Shown here one piece after another: positions 16,095 to 24,801 of a stretch of 41,076 bases of DNA. How positions within the stretch are numbered: the first letter of the stretch is position 1; each line of letters begins with the position of its first letter. The position numbers and the translations under genes were made by a program. Origin of the DNA: Limisphaerales bacterium (GTDB lineage: Bacteria; Verrucomicrobiota; Verrucomicrobiia; Limisphaerales; UBA11358); contig PKZR01000377.1 of the NCBI GenBank assembly GCA_003133815.1, positions 1 through 41,076 of the forward strand, written 5' to 3'. Under the pieces are notes generated by a model. That model saw only the letters and a program-made list of their open reading frames with translations. It was not told where the DNA came from and did not search any database.

Positions 16095-16847
16095 TTAGAG
16101 CGGGATGAGGACGGTTTTTCCATCGAGAACTTTGCCGGAGAAATCGTGTTCGGATTGTAAATTGCGTAGGCGAATGAATTGTCCGGGCGTGCCATCTTCC
16201 AACGCCTGGACTTTCATCATTACATTCAACGCGCCGTCTTGAATGAGAGCGTCCGCCATTTGACCGCGACGAATCACCGGATGTAATCTCACCGAATAGG
16301 AGAGCAGGGGAGATCCAGCGGGAACCGATTCGGCTACTTCGAGCGTCGTGTCGCCATCGGCAAACTCGGCCAGCGGACTGTGAAGCGCCAGCACGTCGCG
16401 GCGTTCGCGTGCGATGTACGCTTCCGCCACCATTTCTCCGGGTTTGAGCATGGTGCGAGCAACCCAAATTTCGCGCCAGAGATGCGCCTGAACGGAATAT
16501 TGCCAGTTACCAAGACTGCTGCCGTCGGCGGTGAAAATTTCAAAACGGACGATGAAAGAAGAAGCGATTCCATTGTTCGGCATGTCGAGGATTTTCAAAG
16601 TCAATTGTCCTGCCTGCGTATTTAGCGAAACCCATGGGCGCGTCAATCGCAAATCCAGATCGCCGCCGTCTGCGCCGACGAATTGCTGTTGCAGCGCACT
16701 GGTCAACAACCTGGTGACTCCGGCTTCATCCAAAACAGCGTTCGTACCAGCAAAGGAAGTTGATTTTATGGAAAGCTCGTCTCCAAAAACCGGAAAAACA
16801 AATCCTCCGAATACTGCGACCAGCAAAGATAGAATTATAGTTTTCAT
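16095..16847 (-). CDS. flgA: flagellar P-ring assembly chaperone FlgA
   Basis: About 250 aa with a signal peptide (MKTIILSLLVAVFGG). There is a SAF-like segment (LKPGEMVAEAYIARERRDV) and a C-terminal ...SGKVLDGKTVLIPL. Its ATG overlaps the flgG stop (TGATG). Confidence 0.8.
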   Translation of the reverse strand: MKTIILSLLVAVFGGFVFPVFGDELSIKSTSFAGTNAVLDEAGVTRLLTSALQQQFVGADGGDLDLRLTRPWVSLNTQAGQLTLKILDMPNNGIASSFIVRFEIFTADGSSLGNWQYSVQAHLWREIWVARTMLKPGEMVAEAYIARERRDVLALHSPLAEFADGDTTLEVAESVPAGSPLLSYSVRLHPVIRRGQMADALIQDGALNVMMKVQALEDGTPGQFIRLRNLQSEHDFSGKVLDGKTVLIPL

Positions 16848-17629
16848 CAACGTATCAAGTTGTTGCTTTGCTGCATCATTTCATCACAAGCCTGTACGGC
16901 CTTTGAATTGACTTCATAGGCGCGCTGGGCCTGAATGAGATTGACCATTTCCTCCACAACGCTGACATTGGAAAGTTCGAGATAGCCTTGATTTAAGGTG
17001 CCGAAGCCGTTCGAGCCGGGTGTGCCAAGTTCCGGCGTGCCAGAAGCGGCAGTTTCCTTGTAAAGATTGCTGCCTTCGCTTTCGAGTCCGGCAGGGTTGT
17101 TGAAGTTGACGAGCTGGACTTGAAATGAAGTCGTCCCGGTGGCACCGGTATAAGTCACATTGCCATTGGAGCCGATGGTGATGTTGGTTGTGCCTGCGGG
17201 TACGGGCTGAAAACCACCGATAACTGGCAACCCATCGCTTGTCACGATCCGCCCATTGGCGTCCGATTTAAAAGCGCCATCGCGAGTGTAGGCATTCGAA
17301 CCATCGGGCATTTGCACTTCAAAAAATCCATTGCCTTGCACGGCCACGTCGAGTTGTTCGCCGGTCTGGGTAAGATCGCCGTTGGTGAAGATGCGCGCGG
17401 TGGCGACGGGTCGTGAACCCTGACCAACTTGGATTCCTGTGGGCACCATATTGCCGGAGCCTAGGTCGGCACCAGGGGCGCGAGTCGTCTGATAAAGCAG
17501 TTCTTGGAATTCAACCTTGCTTTTCTTAAAGCCAGTGGTGTTGACGTTTGCCAGGTTGTTGGAGATGACGTCCAGATTCATCTGCTGGGATTCCATCCCT
17601 GCGGCGGCTGAGTAAAGTGCGCGGAGCAT
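16847..17629 (-). CDS. flgG: flagellar distal rod protein FlgG
   Basis: 260 aa. MLRALYSAAAGMESQQMNLDVISNNLANVNTTGFK...GYLELSNVSVVEEMVNLIQAQRAYEVNSK. Confidence 0.9.
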   Translation of the reverse strand: MLRALYSAAAGMESQQMNLDVISNNLANVNTTGFKKSKVEFQELLYQTTRAPGADLGSGNMVPTGIQVGQGSRPVATARIFTNGDLTQTGEQLDVAVQGNGFFEVQMPDGSNAYTRDGAFKSDANGRIVTSDGLPVIGGFQPVPAGTTNITIGSNGNVTYTGATGTTSFQVQLVNFNNPAGLESEGSNLYKETAASGTPELGTPGSNGFGTLNQGYLELSNVSVVEEMVNLIQAQRAYEVNSKAVQACDEMMQQSNNLIR

Positions 17630-17651
17630 ATATTTTATTTATTATTGGTTT

Positions 17652-18401
17652 CTATGAAGTGCCGCCCAATGAGGTGATGGTCTGCCCCATGCGGTCATTC
17701 TGCATCTGGAGCACTTTCTGGTTGGCTTCAAAAATCCGCATGCTGTCGATCAATCCGCTCATTTCACCAGTCGGCGAACTATTTGGGGCCTCGAGAAATC
17801 CCTGGCGAACCGCCGTGTCAGCGGTAACTGGCGTAGGATTCATGTTTGGCTGGTCGGCGATCAGATAGCCATAGTCTGTGGGGGTTAGCTGGCCAGGATT
17901 TGAGAATGTCACGACCTGCAAGTGACCTTTGATGTCCCCGCCTTGGCTGATTTGGCCGGTTGGCGAAATGCTGATGGCTGCTGGATTTCCCGGATTAAAT
18001 TGCACCGGACCGCCATTGCCCAACACGGGATAGCCTTCCTTGGTAACGAGCTGGCTTTTGGCATTGAGTTGAAATTCGCCGTCACGGGTATAGGCGCGGT
18101 CACCATTGGGCAGTTGCACCGTGAAGAAGCCGGAGCCTTCAACGGCGAAGTCCAATGATCCGCCGGTGGGACGAAGTTGTCCCTGCTGAAAGCTGGTGGA
18201 GGCCACGGCTACCGGAATCATAAAATTTGCTGAAGTGTTGCCATTACCGTCCAGCGGAGAAGCTGCGGCAACATCTGCAAACGAAACGTCTTGCCTGCGG
18301 AAACCGGGCGTGGTTCCGGCTGAGAGATTCTGGGTAATCATCTCCTGCCAGCGTGATTGGGCATTCATTGCGGCAGCGGCTTGGTACAGACTTACGTTCA
18401 T
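17652..18401 (-). CDS. flgF: flagellar proximal rod protein FlgF
   Basis: 249 aa. MNVSLYQAAAAMNAQSRWQEMITQNLSAGTTPGFR...GFLEAPNSSPTGEMSGLIDSMRIFEANQKV. It lies upstream of flgG. Confidence 0.85.
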   Translation of the reverse strand: MNVSLYQAAAAMNAQSRWQEMITQNLSAGTTPGFRRQDVSFADVAAASPLDGNGNTSANFMIPVAVASTSFQQGQLRPTGGSLDFAVEGSGFFTVQLPNGDRAYTRDGEFQLNAKSQLVTKEGYPVLGNGGPVQFNPGNPAAISISPTGQISQGGDIKGHLQVVTFSNPGQLTPTDYGYLIADQPNMNPTPVTADTAVRQGFLEAPNSSPTGEMSGLIDSMRIFEANQKVLQMQNDRMGQTITSLGGTS

Positions 18402-18416
18402 GTGCTGGATTGAGAA

Positions 18417-18431
18417 GCAGCGATTGTGCCA
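18417..18431 (-). promoter_or_regulatory. sigma-54 promoter candidate upstream of flgF (TGGCAC-N5-CTGC)
   Basis: The minus strand reads TGGCACaatcgCTGCttctc. The -12 C is at 18417 and the flgF ATG at 18401, 16 nt downstream. Confidence 0.55.
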
Positions 18432-18489
18432 TCACTCAAAACGGTTGGCTTTGATGGATAATTGTCCGTTCCCAATGATTCTGCATGGA

Positions 18490-18538
18490 AAAATTTGCCG
18501 GCAGCTTTGCAAAATTTGCCGGGTGCGTTTTTTGCCCC
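18490..18538. repeat. direct repeats AAAATTTGCCGG x2 plus a third TTTTTTGCCCC copy; candidate enhancer (UAS) sites
   Basis: The 12-mer occurs at 18490..18501 and 18511..18522, in 21-nt phase. A related copy lies at 18528..18538. All lie 60-110 nt upstream of the flgF sigma-54 promoter on the minus strand. Confidence 0.5.
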
Positions 18539-18596
18539 GTTCGTAGAAGAAATCTTCTTCAGGGATAAAAATGCATGTGATGGAAATTTCATAAAT

Positions 18597-18869
18597 TCAA
18601 ATTTTCCCCACTGGTGAAGCTTCATATGCACACGTGAGTTCAACGACCTGTCCGCAACTGCACTGGATTCGGATGGATGACACGCGATCACCATCGCGTT
18701 GCAAAGTCACACGTGGCAGGCATTGGCCGCTTGAGATCGATTTGCCGGTGCGACCCAGTGGATGAAATGCCTGTAGCATTTCATTTTGATTGACGATGGT
18801 GACATGAAGATTCGACCGGTTCCGGCCAGAAACGGTGGCATTACTTAATGGCACAAATGGATCGTTCAT
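18597..18869 (-). CDS. small hypothetical protein (90 aa) with a C-terminal CxCG...C motif, translationally coupled to motB
   Basis: Its ATG at 18869 overlaps the motB stop at 18866. The sequence ends ...PRVTLQRDGDRVSSIRIQCSCGQVVELTCAYE.... I recognise no family. Confidence 0.5.
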   Translation of the reverse strand: MNDPFVPLSNATVSGRNRSNLHVTIVNQNEMLQAFHPLGRTGKSISSGQCLPRVTLQRDGDRVSSIRIQCSCGQVVELTCAYEASPVGKI

Positions 18870-19624
18870 GGCGGGTTTTGGTCTGAAGTGTCGGACGCTG
18901 ACTGGTCTGCGCTTTCGACTTTCAATAGAACGGTCACACGTCGGTTGGATTCCAAGGTCGGGTCAAGTCCTGGCATCGGTTGTGTGTCAGCGAAACCGGA
19001 AACCTTGAACACTTGTTGTGATTCCACTCCGCTTTGGATTAGTTTTCGGCGGGCGGCGTTGGCCCTTTCAGTGGAAAGATCCCATTTATTCATATTTTCC
19101 GGGTCGGTATCGGGCCGGGTTTCGGTGTGCCCCTCCAATTCAATATGGAAGTTTTGGTAGCGGGCAATTTCCCAGGCCAGCGTGGAAAAGACCCAGTCGC
19201 CATAAGTCGTGAACTTGTCCGTGCCCGGTTCAAACACCGGTTTTTGCGAATGGTCAAAAATATTGATTCTTACTCCGTCGGGCGTTAGCGCAATTTGGAC
19301 GCTCTGCTCCAGCTCCTGGCTTTGCTCCAGCATCTTGGACAAATCCTCCGTGATTTTCCGCAGCATTTGCATTTCAACGGCAGTCACGGAATCGAAGTTG
19401 CCTTTTTGCTTGTTCTGCTGCGATGTGTCCTTGCTTGGAATGATGCCGGTGGATTCCTTGTTGACGGCGGAGAAAGGATTGCGGAATGCGCGTTCCACGG
19501 CCTCCTTGATTTTCTTGTCCTGCGCGGTGAGCCAGAGCAGAAGAAAAAGTGCCATCATGGCGGTCACGAAGTCCGCGTAAGCAGTTTTCCATGCGCCGCC
19601 GTGATGTTGTTCGCGTTTGCGCAT
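18866..19624 (-). CDS. motB: flagellar stator protein MotB (OmpA-like C-terminal domain)
   Basis: 252 aa. GGAWKTAYADFVTAMMALFLLLWL (plug/TM region with the conserved Asp) and ...LSTERANAARRKLIQSGV...RRVTVLL. Confidence 0.9.
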   Translation of the reverse strand: MRKREQHHGGAWKTAYADFVTAMMALFLLLWLTAQDKKIKEAVERAFRNPFSAVNKESTGIIPSKDTSQQNKQKGNFDSVTAVEMQMLRKITEDLSKMLEQSQELEQSVQIALTPDGVRINIFDHSQKPVFEPGTDKFTTYGDWVFSTLAWEIARYQNFHIELEGHTETRPDTDPENMNKWDLSTERANAARRKLIQSGVESQQVFKVSGFADTQPMPGLDPTLESNRRVTVLLKVESADQSASDTSDQNPP

Positions 19625-19626
19625 GG

Positions 19627-20499
19627 CTAGGTTTTGGCACCTGTGCTCTTGAGCGACTTGAGCATTTCTTCCAATTCATCCGAAGTCGGGCGCAGTTCGC
19701 TGCTCAATCCGCGCCGTCCCAATTCGACGGCAGTGATGGGAGCCATGCCGCTGGCAAAACCAATCACGCAGGCGGCGATGCATCGGGTGAAATCTAAATC
19801 AGCAGCTCCGATGAAATCCAGATTCATTGCAAGCGGATTCACGAAACCGTAAGCGAGCAAAATGCCCAGAAACGTGCCCACCAGCGCGGCGGCCACATGC
19901 TGCCCGATTTGTTCGATGGGGCCGTTGATGGACGCCATGGTGACCACAATGCCCAGCACTGCTGCCACGATGCCGAATCCTGGCATGGAGTCGCCGATTT
20001 TTGTCAGAACATTGATTGGGGCCAGATGGTCTATTTCTTTCCGCTCGATTTCTGCGTCCAGCAGGAGCCGCAACTGGTCCGGTTTGATTTTGCCGTCAAT
20101 AATCGGACGCAAGCTGCTGCAAAGAAATTCGACTGAATTGGTGTTGGCCGCAAAGAGCGGATATTTGTTGAAAACGGGGCTGCTTTTTGGATCGAATACA
20201 TGCTCTTCCAGCGCAATCATGCCGTTGCGTCGGCCCAACAAGAAAAGTTCGTAAAGCACCTTGAGCAGTTCTTCATAGGCGGCGCGGCTGTGTGGTGTGC
20301 CTTTGAGTGACAACATGGTTCCGTGAACGAGATCCACGAGCACCTTGCGCGGTGACATGATGATCATTGCACCCAACGCGCCGCCGCCTATGATGACCAC
20401 CTCGTTGGGATGCATCAGCCAGAAAAGATGGCCGCCGCCCATTACGAAGCCGCCAAAAACCGAAAACACCACGACGAGAAAACCAATTAAAATAATCAT
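19627..20499 (-). CDS. motA: flagellar stator protein MotA
   Basis: 290 aa, four TM segments. ...PGFGIVAAVLGIV...AALVGTFLGILLAYGFVNPLA. Confidence 0.9.
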   Translation of the reverse strand: MIILIGFLVVVFSVFGGFVMGGGHLFWLMHPNEVVIIGGGALGAMIIMSPRKVLVDLVHGTMLSLKGTPHSRAAYEELLKVLYELFLLGRRNGMIALEEHVFDPKSSPVFNKYPLFAANTNSVEFLCSSLRPIIDGKIKPDQLRLLLDAEIERKEIDHLAPINVLTKIGDSMPGFGIVAAVLGIVVTMASINGPIEQIGQHVAAALVGTFLGILLAYGFVNPLAMNLDFIGAADLDFTRCIAACVIGFASGMAPITAVELGRRGLSSELRPTSDELEEMLKSLKSTGAKT

Positions 20500-21347
20500 G
20501 AGCGTTGGAACGATTTGTCTCGGTTGGCCAGTCCGCTCTCAAATCTTTGCAGATAGGAACGGATGGAAAGAATCGCCTGCGAATGAATCTGACAGATGCG
20601 GGATTCGGTCAGGCCGAAGACCTCGGCAATTTCGCGCAGGTGCATGTCTTCGCCATAATATAAAGCCAGCACTTTGCGTTGGATTTCGGGCAAATCCTTG
20701 AGCCTCTCAAAAACCACCCGTTTCAATTCCGCGTTAGAAACTTCTTCGACGGGGCCGGCCTGATTGGGATTTGCCACCACTTCATAAAGGGTGCCTGTCT
20801 CATCACCGTCCGAAGTGCAAACGGCATCCAGACAGATGAACTGGGCGGGGCGGACTTCATCAAGCAACTCGTGATACTCGGCAATCGACATTTTCATTGC
20901 CTTTGCCATTTCCGGATCGTCCGGCATACGGCCCAATTGCTGTTCCAGTTGGTTCATGACTCCCTGGATTTTCCGGGATTTTTCATGAACAGTGCGCGGC
21001 ACCCAATCCATGCGCCGCAACTCATCCAGCATCGCGCCCCGGATGCGCAGCCTCGCATAACCTTCGAACGATGTCCCCGAAGCCGGGTTATAATTTCTCA
21101 AAGCCTGCAACAAGCCAACCAGTCCCGCGCTGTTCAAATCATCGCGGTCAACGTGATCTGGCAACGTCATAGCCAGCCGGTTGACGGCGTAACGGACCAA
21201 TGGCAAATAGCGTTCAACTAATGCGTTTTCAGCAAGACTGTTGGTCTGTTCATGGTAATGCCGCCAGAGTTCCTGTGCGGTAGGATGTTGCTCCGCTCCT
21301 ATCGTCGCAGGGCGTTCTATTTCGGATTCACAACTGCTAGTGCTCAT
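20496..21347 (-). CDS. fliA: flagellar sigma factor FliA (sigma-28 / WhiG family)
   Basis: 283 aa. LVERYLPLVRYAVNRL...DLNSAGLVGLLQALRNYNP...FEGYARLRIRGAMLDELRRMDWVPR...LREIAEVFGLTESRICQIHSQAI. Confidence 0.9.
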   Translation of the reverse strand: MSTSSCESEIERPATIGAEQHPTAQELWRHYHEQTNSLAENALVERYLPLVRYAVNRLAMTLPDHVDRDDLNSAGLVGLLQALRNYNPASGTSFEGYARLRIRGAMLDELRRMDWVPRTVHEKSRKIQGVMNQLEQQLGRMPDDPEMAKAMKMSIAEYHELLDEVRPAQFICLDAVCTSDGDETGTLYEVVANPNQAGPVEEVSNAELKRVVFERLKDLPEIQRKVLALYYGEDMHLREIAEVFGLTESRICQIHSQAILSIRSYLQRFESGLANRDKSFQRS

Positions 21348-21350
21348 AAT

Positions 21351-21590
21351 TTATCTTTTACCGGGTTGAATCAACGATGTTGCAACCGGACGTTTCATGC
21401 GGCGTTGATCAAGTGAATCGCGTAGGCCTTGCAGCCACACGCGGGTCCACCAACGTGTAAGAATCGTGGCTGCCAGGGCCGCAGCACAGGCACGCCAAAA
21501 TGCCGCTGGCCAAGGACTGCTGCTTGCCAGACCAAAGCCTGCACCGATGAGAAATCCCACGATGGAGCCAAGAATAATCAATGCTTTCAT
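21351..21590 (-). CDS. small hypothetical membrane protein (79 aa, two TM helices)
   Basis: Starts with ATG and stops 3 nt before the fliA ATG. MKALIILGSIVGFLIGAGFGLA...AAFWRACAAALAATILTRWW. It is preceded by a sigma-54-like promoter. I recognise no family. Confidence 0.5.
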   Translation of the reverse strand: MKALIILGSIVGFLIGAGFGLASSSPWPAAFWRACAAALAATILTRWWTRVWLQGLRDSLDQRRMKRPVATSLIQPGKR

Positions 21591-21611
21591 TCGATGTCTG
21601 AGAGCTGTTTA

Positions 21612-21626
21612 GCAAACTCTTTGCCA
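21612..21626 (-). promoter_or_regulatory. sigma-54 promoter candidate upstream of orf79-fliA (TGGCAA-N5-TTGC)
   Basis: The minus strand reads TGGCAAagagtTTGCtaaac. It shares the TTGCTAAAC -12 region with the fliW promoter. The orf79 ATG lies 22 nt downstream of the -12 C. Confidence 0.45.
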
Positions 21627-21666
21627 GCCTCAGAAAGACGTGCCGAAACTTGGAGGTTTTGCGGAA

Positions 21667-22662
21667 TTAAAGGCTTTTCAGCGGAAATAAATTTTCTGGT
21701 GATGCATTTATGAATTCACCCGGAATTTTTTGCCCAGCTCCGAGGAAGCGAAGGCTGCAATTTGTGCCGAACACAAAATTCCACAGTTTCACCCGTCGCG
21801 GCTCCTCCTCCAGGTGCGTGAAAATTAAATCCTCGGGTTCGCACCGTTCAAATGCGCGCCATTGTATCAGCAGCGTCGGCATTTCATATGCTGCATTTAA
21901 CACCAGATGCACGCGCGGTGATGGCAAGGATGCGATTTGATCGCGTAAAGCATTTAAAGCGTGAGCGTCAGAGATTTCCACGCCGGGCAGATCCACAAAC
22001 CACAATTCACCGGAGGTTTCAGGCTTCGACCAGAATCGTTCCAACGGCACGCCGAGCATTTCACAGTGAATTGCCAGAAACTCGGCCGTGTTGGCAGTGC
22101 TGGCGTCTAGCCGCCAAACGCGAGCCGAGCTTTCCTCAAGCAGTGAAGACAGAGTCAGCCACTTGCACAATGCCGTAGTTTTGCCAGAGCCGGGTGGCCC
22201 AATAAAGACATGTGGTCGCGGGGTAACGTCGTCCAATAGCGGAGGTTTCAGCCAGAAATGCGACAGCGCGCCTTTGACAATTTTCCATTCCTCGTCGAGA
22301 GAATCTGGCGGCGTATCGCCATGCACGGCGCGGAGATGCGTTTGCAGCCGTTCGGCGTGAACCGGCAGCAGGCCCATCGCTTCCAGCCATGCGATGCTAC
22401 GCCAGCGGTCATTGCTGGACGTAAATTCGCCGCTATTTTCGGAAGAGCTTTTTGGGAAGGAAAATGCATCTGGCTGGGGTGCGGATGTTTTGTCCGGAAC
22501 TCCGGCCACAACCTCAATCTGAACTCGCCTTTGCCAGAGCCTGGCAAATCCCTGTGGCGCGACGGGCCTCACACTCAATACGACGGCCTCTGGACCGAGC
22601 TGCGCATGGATTTGTGCCAGCGCGGCAGCGGCATTGTCGGCTATGAACCGGTGGGTCTTCAC
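21667..22662 (-). CDS. flhF: flagellar biosynthesis SRP-type GTPase FlhF (divergent G motifs)
   Basis: 331 aa with a GTG start overlapping the flhA stop (GTGA). N-terminus: MKTHRFIADNAAAALAQIHAQLGPEAVVLSV. P-loop: GPPGSGKTT. Then VDLPG and LIFTHLEEE...GAGQKIPGEF. Confidence 0.85.
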   Translation of the reverse strand: MKTHRFIADNAAAALAQIHAQLGPEAVVLSVRPVAPQGFARLWQRRVQIEVVAGVPDKTSAPQPDAFSFPKSSSENSGEFTSSNDRWRSIAWLEAMGLLPVHAERLQTHLRAVHGDTPPDSLDEEWKIVKGALSHFWLKPPLLDDVTPRPHVFIGPPGSGKTTALCKWLTLSSLLEESSARVWRLDASTANTAEFLAIHCEMLGVPLERFWSKPETSGELWFVDLPGVEISDAHALNALRDQIASLPSPRVHLVLNAAYEMPTLLIQWRAFERCEPEDLIFTHLEEEPRRVKLWNFVFGTNCSLRFLGAGQKIPGEFINASPENLFPLKSL

Positions 22663-24794
22663 GCCGCTTCCGCAGGGCTGGGTATCACCGCCATGTTTTG
22701 CACCTGAACTCGCTGCGGGACTTCAGCGTAGGACAGGACGGCGAGGTCGCCGAAAGTGCTTTCAAAGAAACGGCGGAACGCCAGCCGCAATTGCGGCGCA
22801 CACAAAATGACCGGTTGTTGTCCGCTGGAAAGCATCTGCTGGACAAATTTGGAAAGCGATTCCATCACATGACGTGCCAGTTTGGGTTCCACCACGAGCG
22901 TGGTTTCGCCCGCCGCCTGCCGCACGCCTTGCGTAAGCTGGTGTTCCAATTTCGGGTCCATCGTGATTGCACGCAGATGGCCGGCGTCGGTCTGGAACGG
23001 TTTGGAGATTTGCGGGCCAAGCGCCCGCCGGGCGTATTCTGAAAGTTCATCAGGGTTCTTGGTGAATGTGGCACAATCACCAACTTTTTCCAAAATTCCT
23101 GCGAGATTGCGGATGGAAATGCCCTCGGCCAGCAGGTTTTGCAAAATTCGCTGGACCTGGCCGACGGACAGTAGTGTGGGCACCAGTTCGTTCACTACGG
23201 CAGGATGTGTTTTCTTGAGATTGTCCAGCAAGCTTTGCACGTCCTGACGCGTGAGTATTTCATCGCAATGCCGCCTCACTGTTTCCGCCAGATGTGTTAC
23301 GAGCACGGACGCCGCGTCCACCACTGTGTAACCGGCTGCCTCGGCGGTCTTGCGCTCGACATCTGTAACCCACGTCGCCGGCAATTGAAAAACCGGCTCA
23401 ACCGTCGGAATGCCCTTGAGCTTTGTTTGAGTATTCGTGGCGTTCATCGCGAGCCATTGGCCAGGCATCAACTGGCCCTGACTTATTGGATTGCCCTTGA
23501 GCAGAAAACGATATTCGTTCGCACCGTGCTGCAAATTGTCGCGCAACCGGATTGGCGGGATCAACATGCCCATTTCCTGCGCGAAATTGCGGCGCACACC
23601 TGTAACCCGCTCCAGCAAATCGCCGCCCTTGCTGGTGTCAGCAAGCGAAACTAGACCCAATCCCAGCTCTATTTGCAACGTGTCGAGTGTGAGCAGATTT
23701 TCAATTGGGTCGGCTGGTCGCGTCTCGGTCGAAGTGCCCGTGACAGCGCCAGCGGAAGTTTTTCCGGTTGTTGTTCTGCCAGACACGGCGGATTTTGAAC
23801 TTGGAGTCGCTGCAGCCAGTTCGGCAACCCCACCATGCCGGTGAAGGGAATACGAGAGAAGGCCGACGATAATTGCTAACGTCCAAAATGGCAGCATAGG
23901 CAATCCGGGCATCATGCCCATGATGGCAAGCATCGCGGAAAGGATTGTCAGCGCTCGCGGGTAAAACAGCAGTTGCCGTCCCAGCTCGTGACCAAGGCTG
24001 TTCTTGGCCGTTGCGCGTGTAATCAGCACGCCCGCCGCTGTCGAGGTAATGAGCGCCGGGATTTGTGACACTAATCCGTCGCCGATGGACAAAATCGTAT
24101 ATGTGTGCAGCGCATCGCTCATCGTCATGCCTTTTTGCAGGATGCCGATGGCAAATCCGCCGACAATATTGATGAGCGTGATGAGGATGGCCGCAATCGC
24201 GTCGCCGCGCACAAACTTGCTCGCGCCGTCCATTGCGCCATAGAAATCCGCTTCCTCCTCGATGGCCCTGCGTCGGTCCCGCGCCTCGCTTTCGTTGATC
24301 AACCCCGCGTTCAATTCCGCATCAATGGCCATTTGTTTGCCCGGCAATGCATCCAATGTAAAACGAGCCGCCACTTCCGCGATGCGCCCGGCACCCTTGG
24401 TGATGACGATAAAATTGATCAGCACCAAAATCAAAAACACCACCATGCCCACCACATAATTTCCGTGAACCACAAAATTTCCGAACGCCTGGATGATATG
24501 CCCTGCATACCCGTTCAGCAAAATCAACCGCGTGGACGCCACATTCAGCGCCAGCCTATAAAGCGTGATAAACAGAAGCAGCGTCGGGAACCCGGTAAAA
24601 TCTGCCGGTTGACGCAGGTAAAGTATTACCAGCAGCACCAGCAACGACGCTGCGATACTGATTGTCAACAACAGGTCCAGCATAAACGGCACCACCGGCA
24701 TAATCAGCACCAAGATCGTGCCAAACAACGCCGCCACAAGCCATAAATCGCCGTATTTCAGCAAGTTCCGCATCCTGTCGCTTAACGCACCCAT
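22659..24794 (-). CDS. flhA: flagellar type III export gate protein FlhA
   Basis: 711 aa. ...FPTLLLFITLYRLALNVASTRLIL...FTLDALPGKQMAIDAELNAG...FYGAMDGASKFVRGDAIA.... Confidence 0.95.
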   Translation of the reverse strand: MGALSDRMRNLLKYGDLWLVAALFGTILVLIMPVVPFMLDLLLTISIAASLLVLLVILYLRQPADFTGFPTLLLFITLYRLALNVASTRLILLNGYAGHIIQAFGNFVVHGNYVVGMVVFLILVLINFIVITKGAGRIAEVAARFTLDALPGKQMAIDAELNAGLINESEARDRRRAIEEEADFYGAMDGASKFVRGDAIAAILITLINIVGGFAIGILQKGMTMSDALHTYTILSIGDGLVSQIPALITSTAAGVLITRATAKNSLGHELGRQLLFYPRALTILSAMLAIMGMMPGLPMLPFWTLAIIVGLLSYSLHRHGGVAELAAATPSSKSAVSGRTTTGKTSAGAVTGTSTETRPADPIENLLTLDTLQIELGLGLVSLADTSKGGDLLERVTGVRRNFAQEMGMLIPPIRLRDNLQHGANEYRFLLKGNPISQGQLMPGQWLAMNATNTQTKLKGIPTVEPVFQLPATWVTDVERKTAEAAGYTVVDAASVLVTHLAETVRRHCDEILTRQDVQSLLDNLKKTHPAVVNELVPTLLSVGQVQRILQNLLAEGISIRNLAGILEKVGDCATFTKNPDELSEYARRALGPQISKPFQTDAGHLRAITMDPKLEHQLTQGVRQAAGETTLVVEPKLARHVMESLSKFVQQMLSSGQQPVILCAPQLRLAFRRFFESTFGDLAVLSYAEVPQRVQVQNMAVIPSPAEAA

Positions 24795-24801
24795 GATATT
24801 T

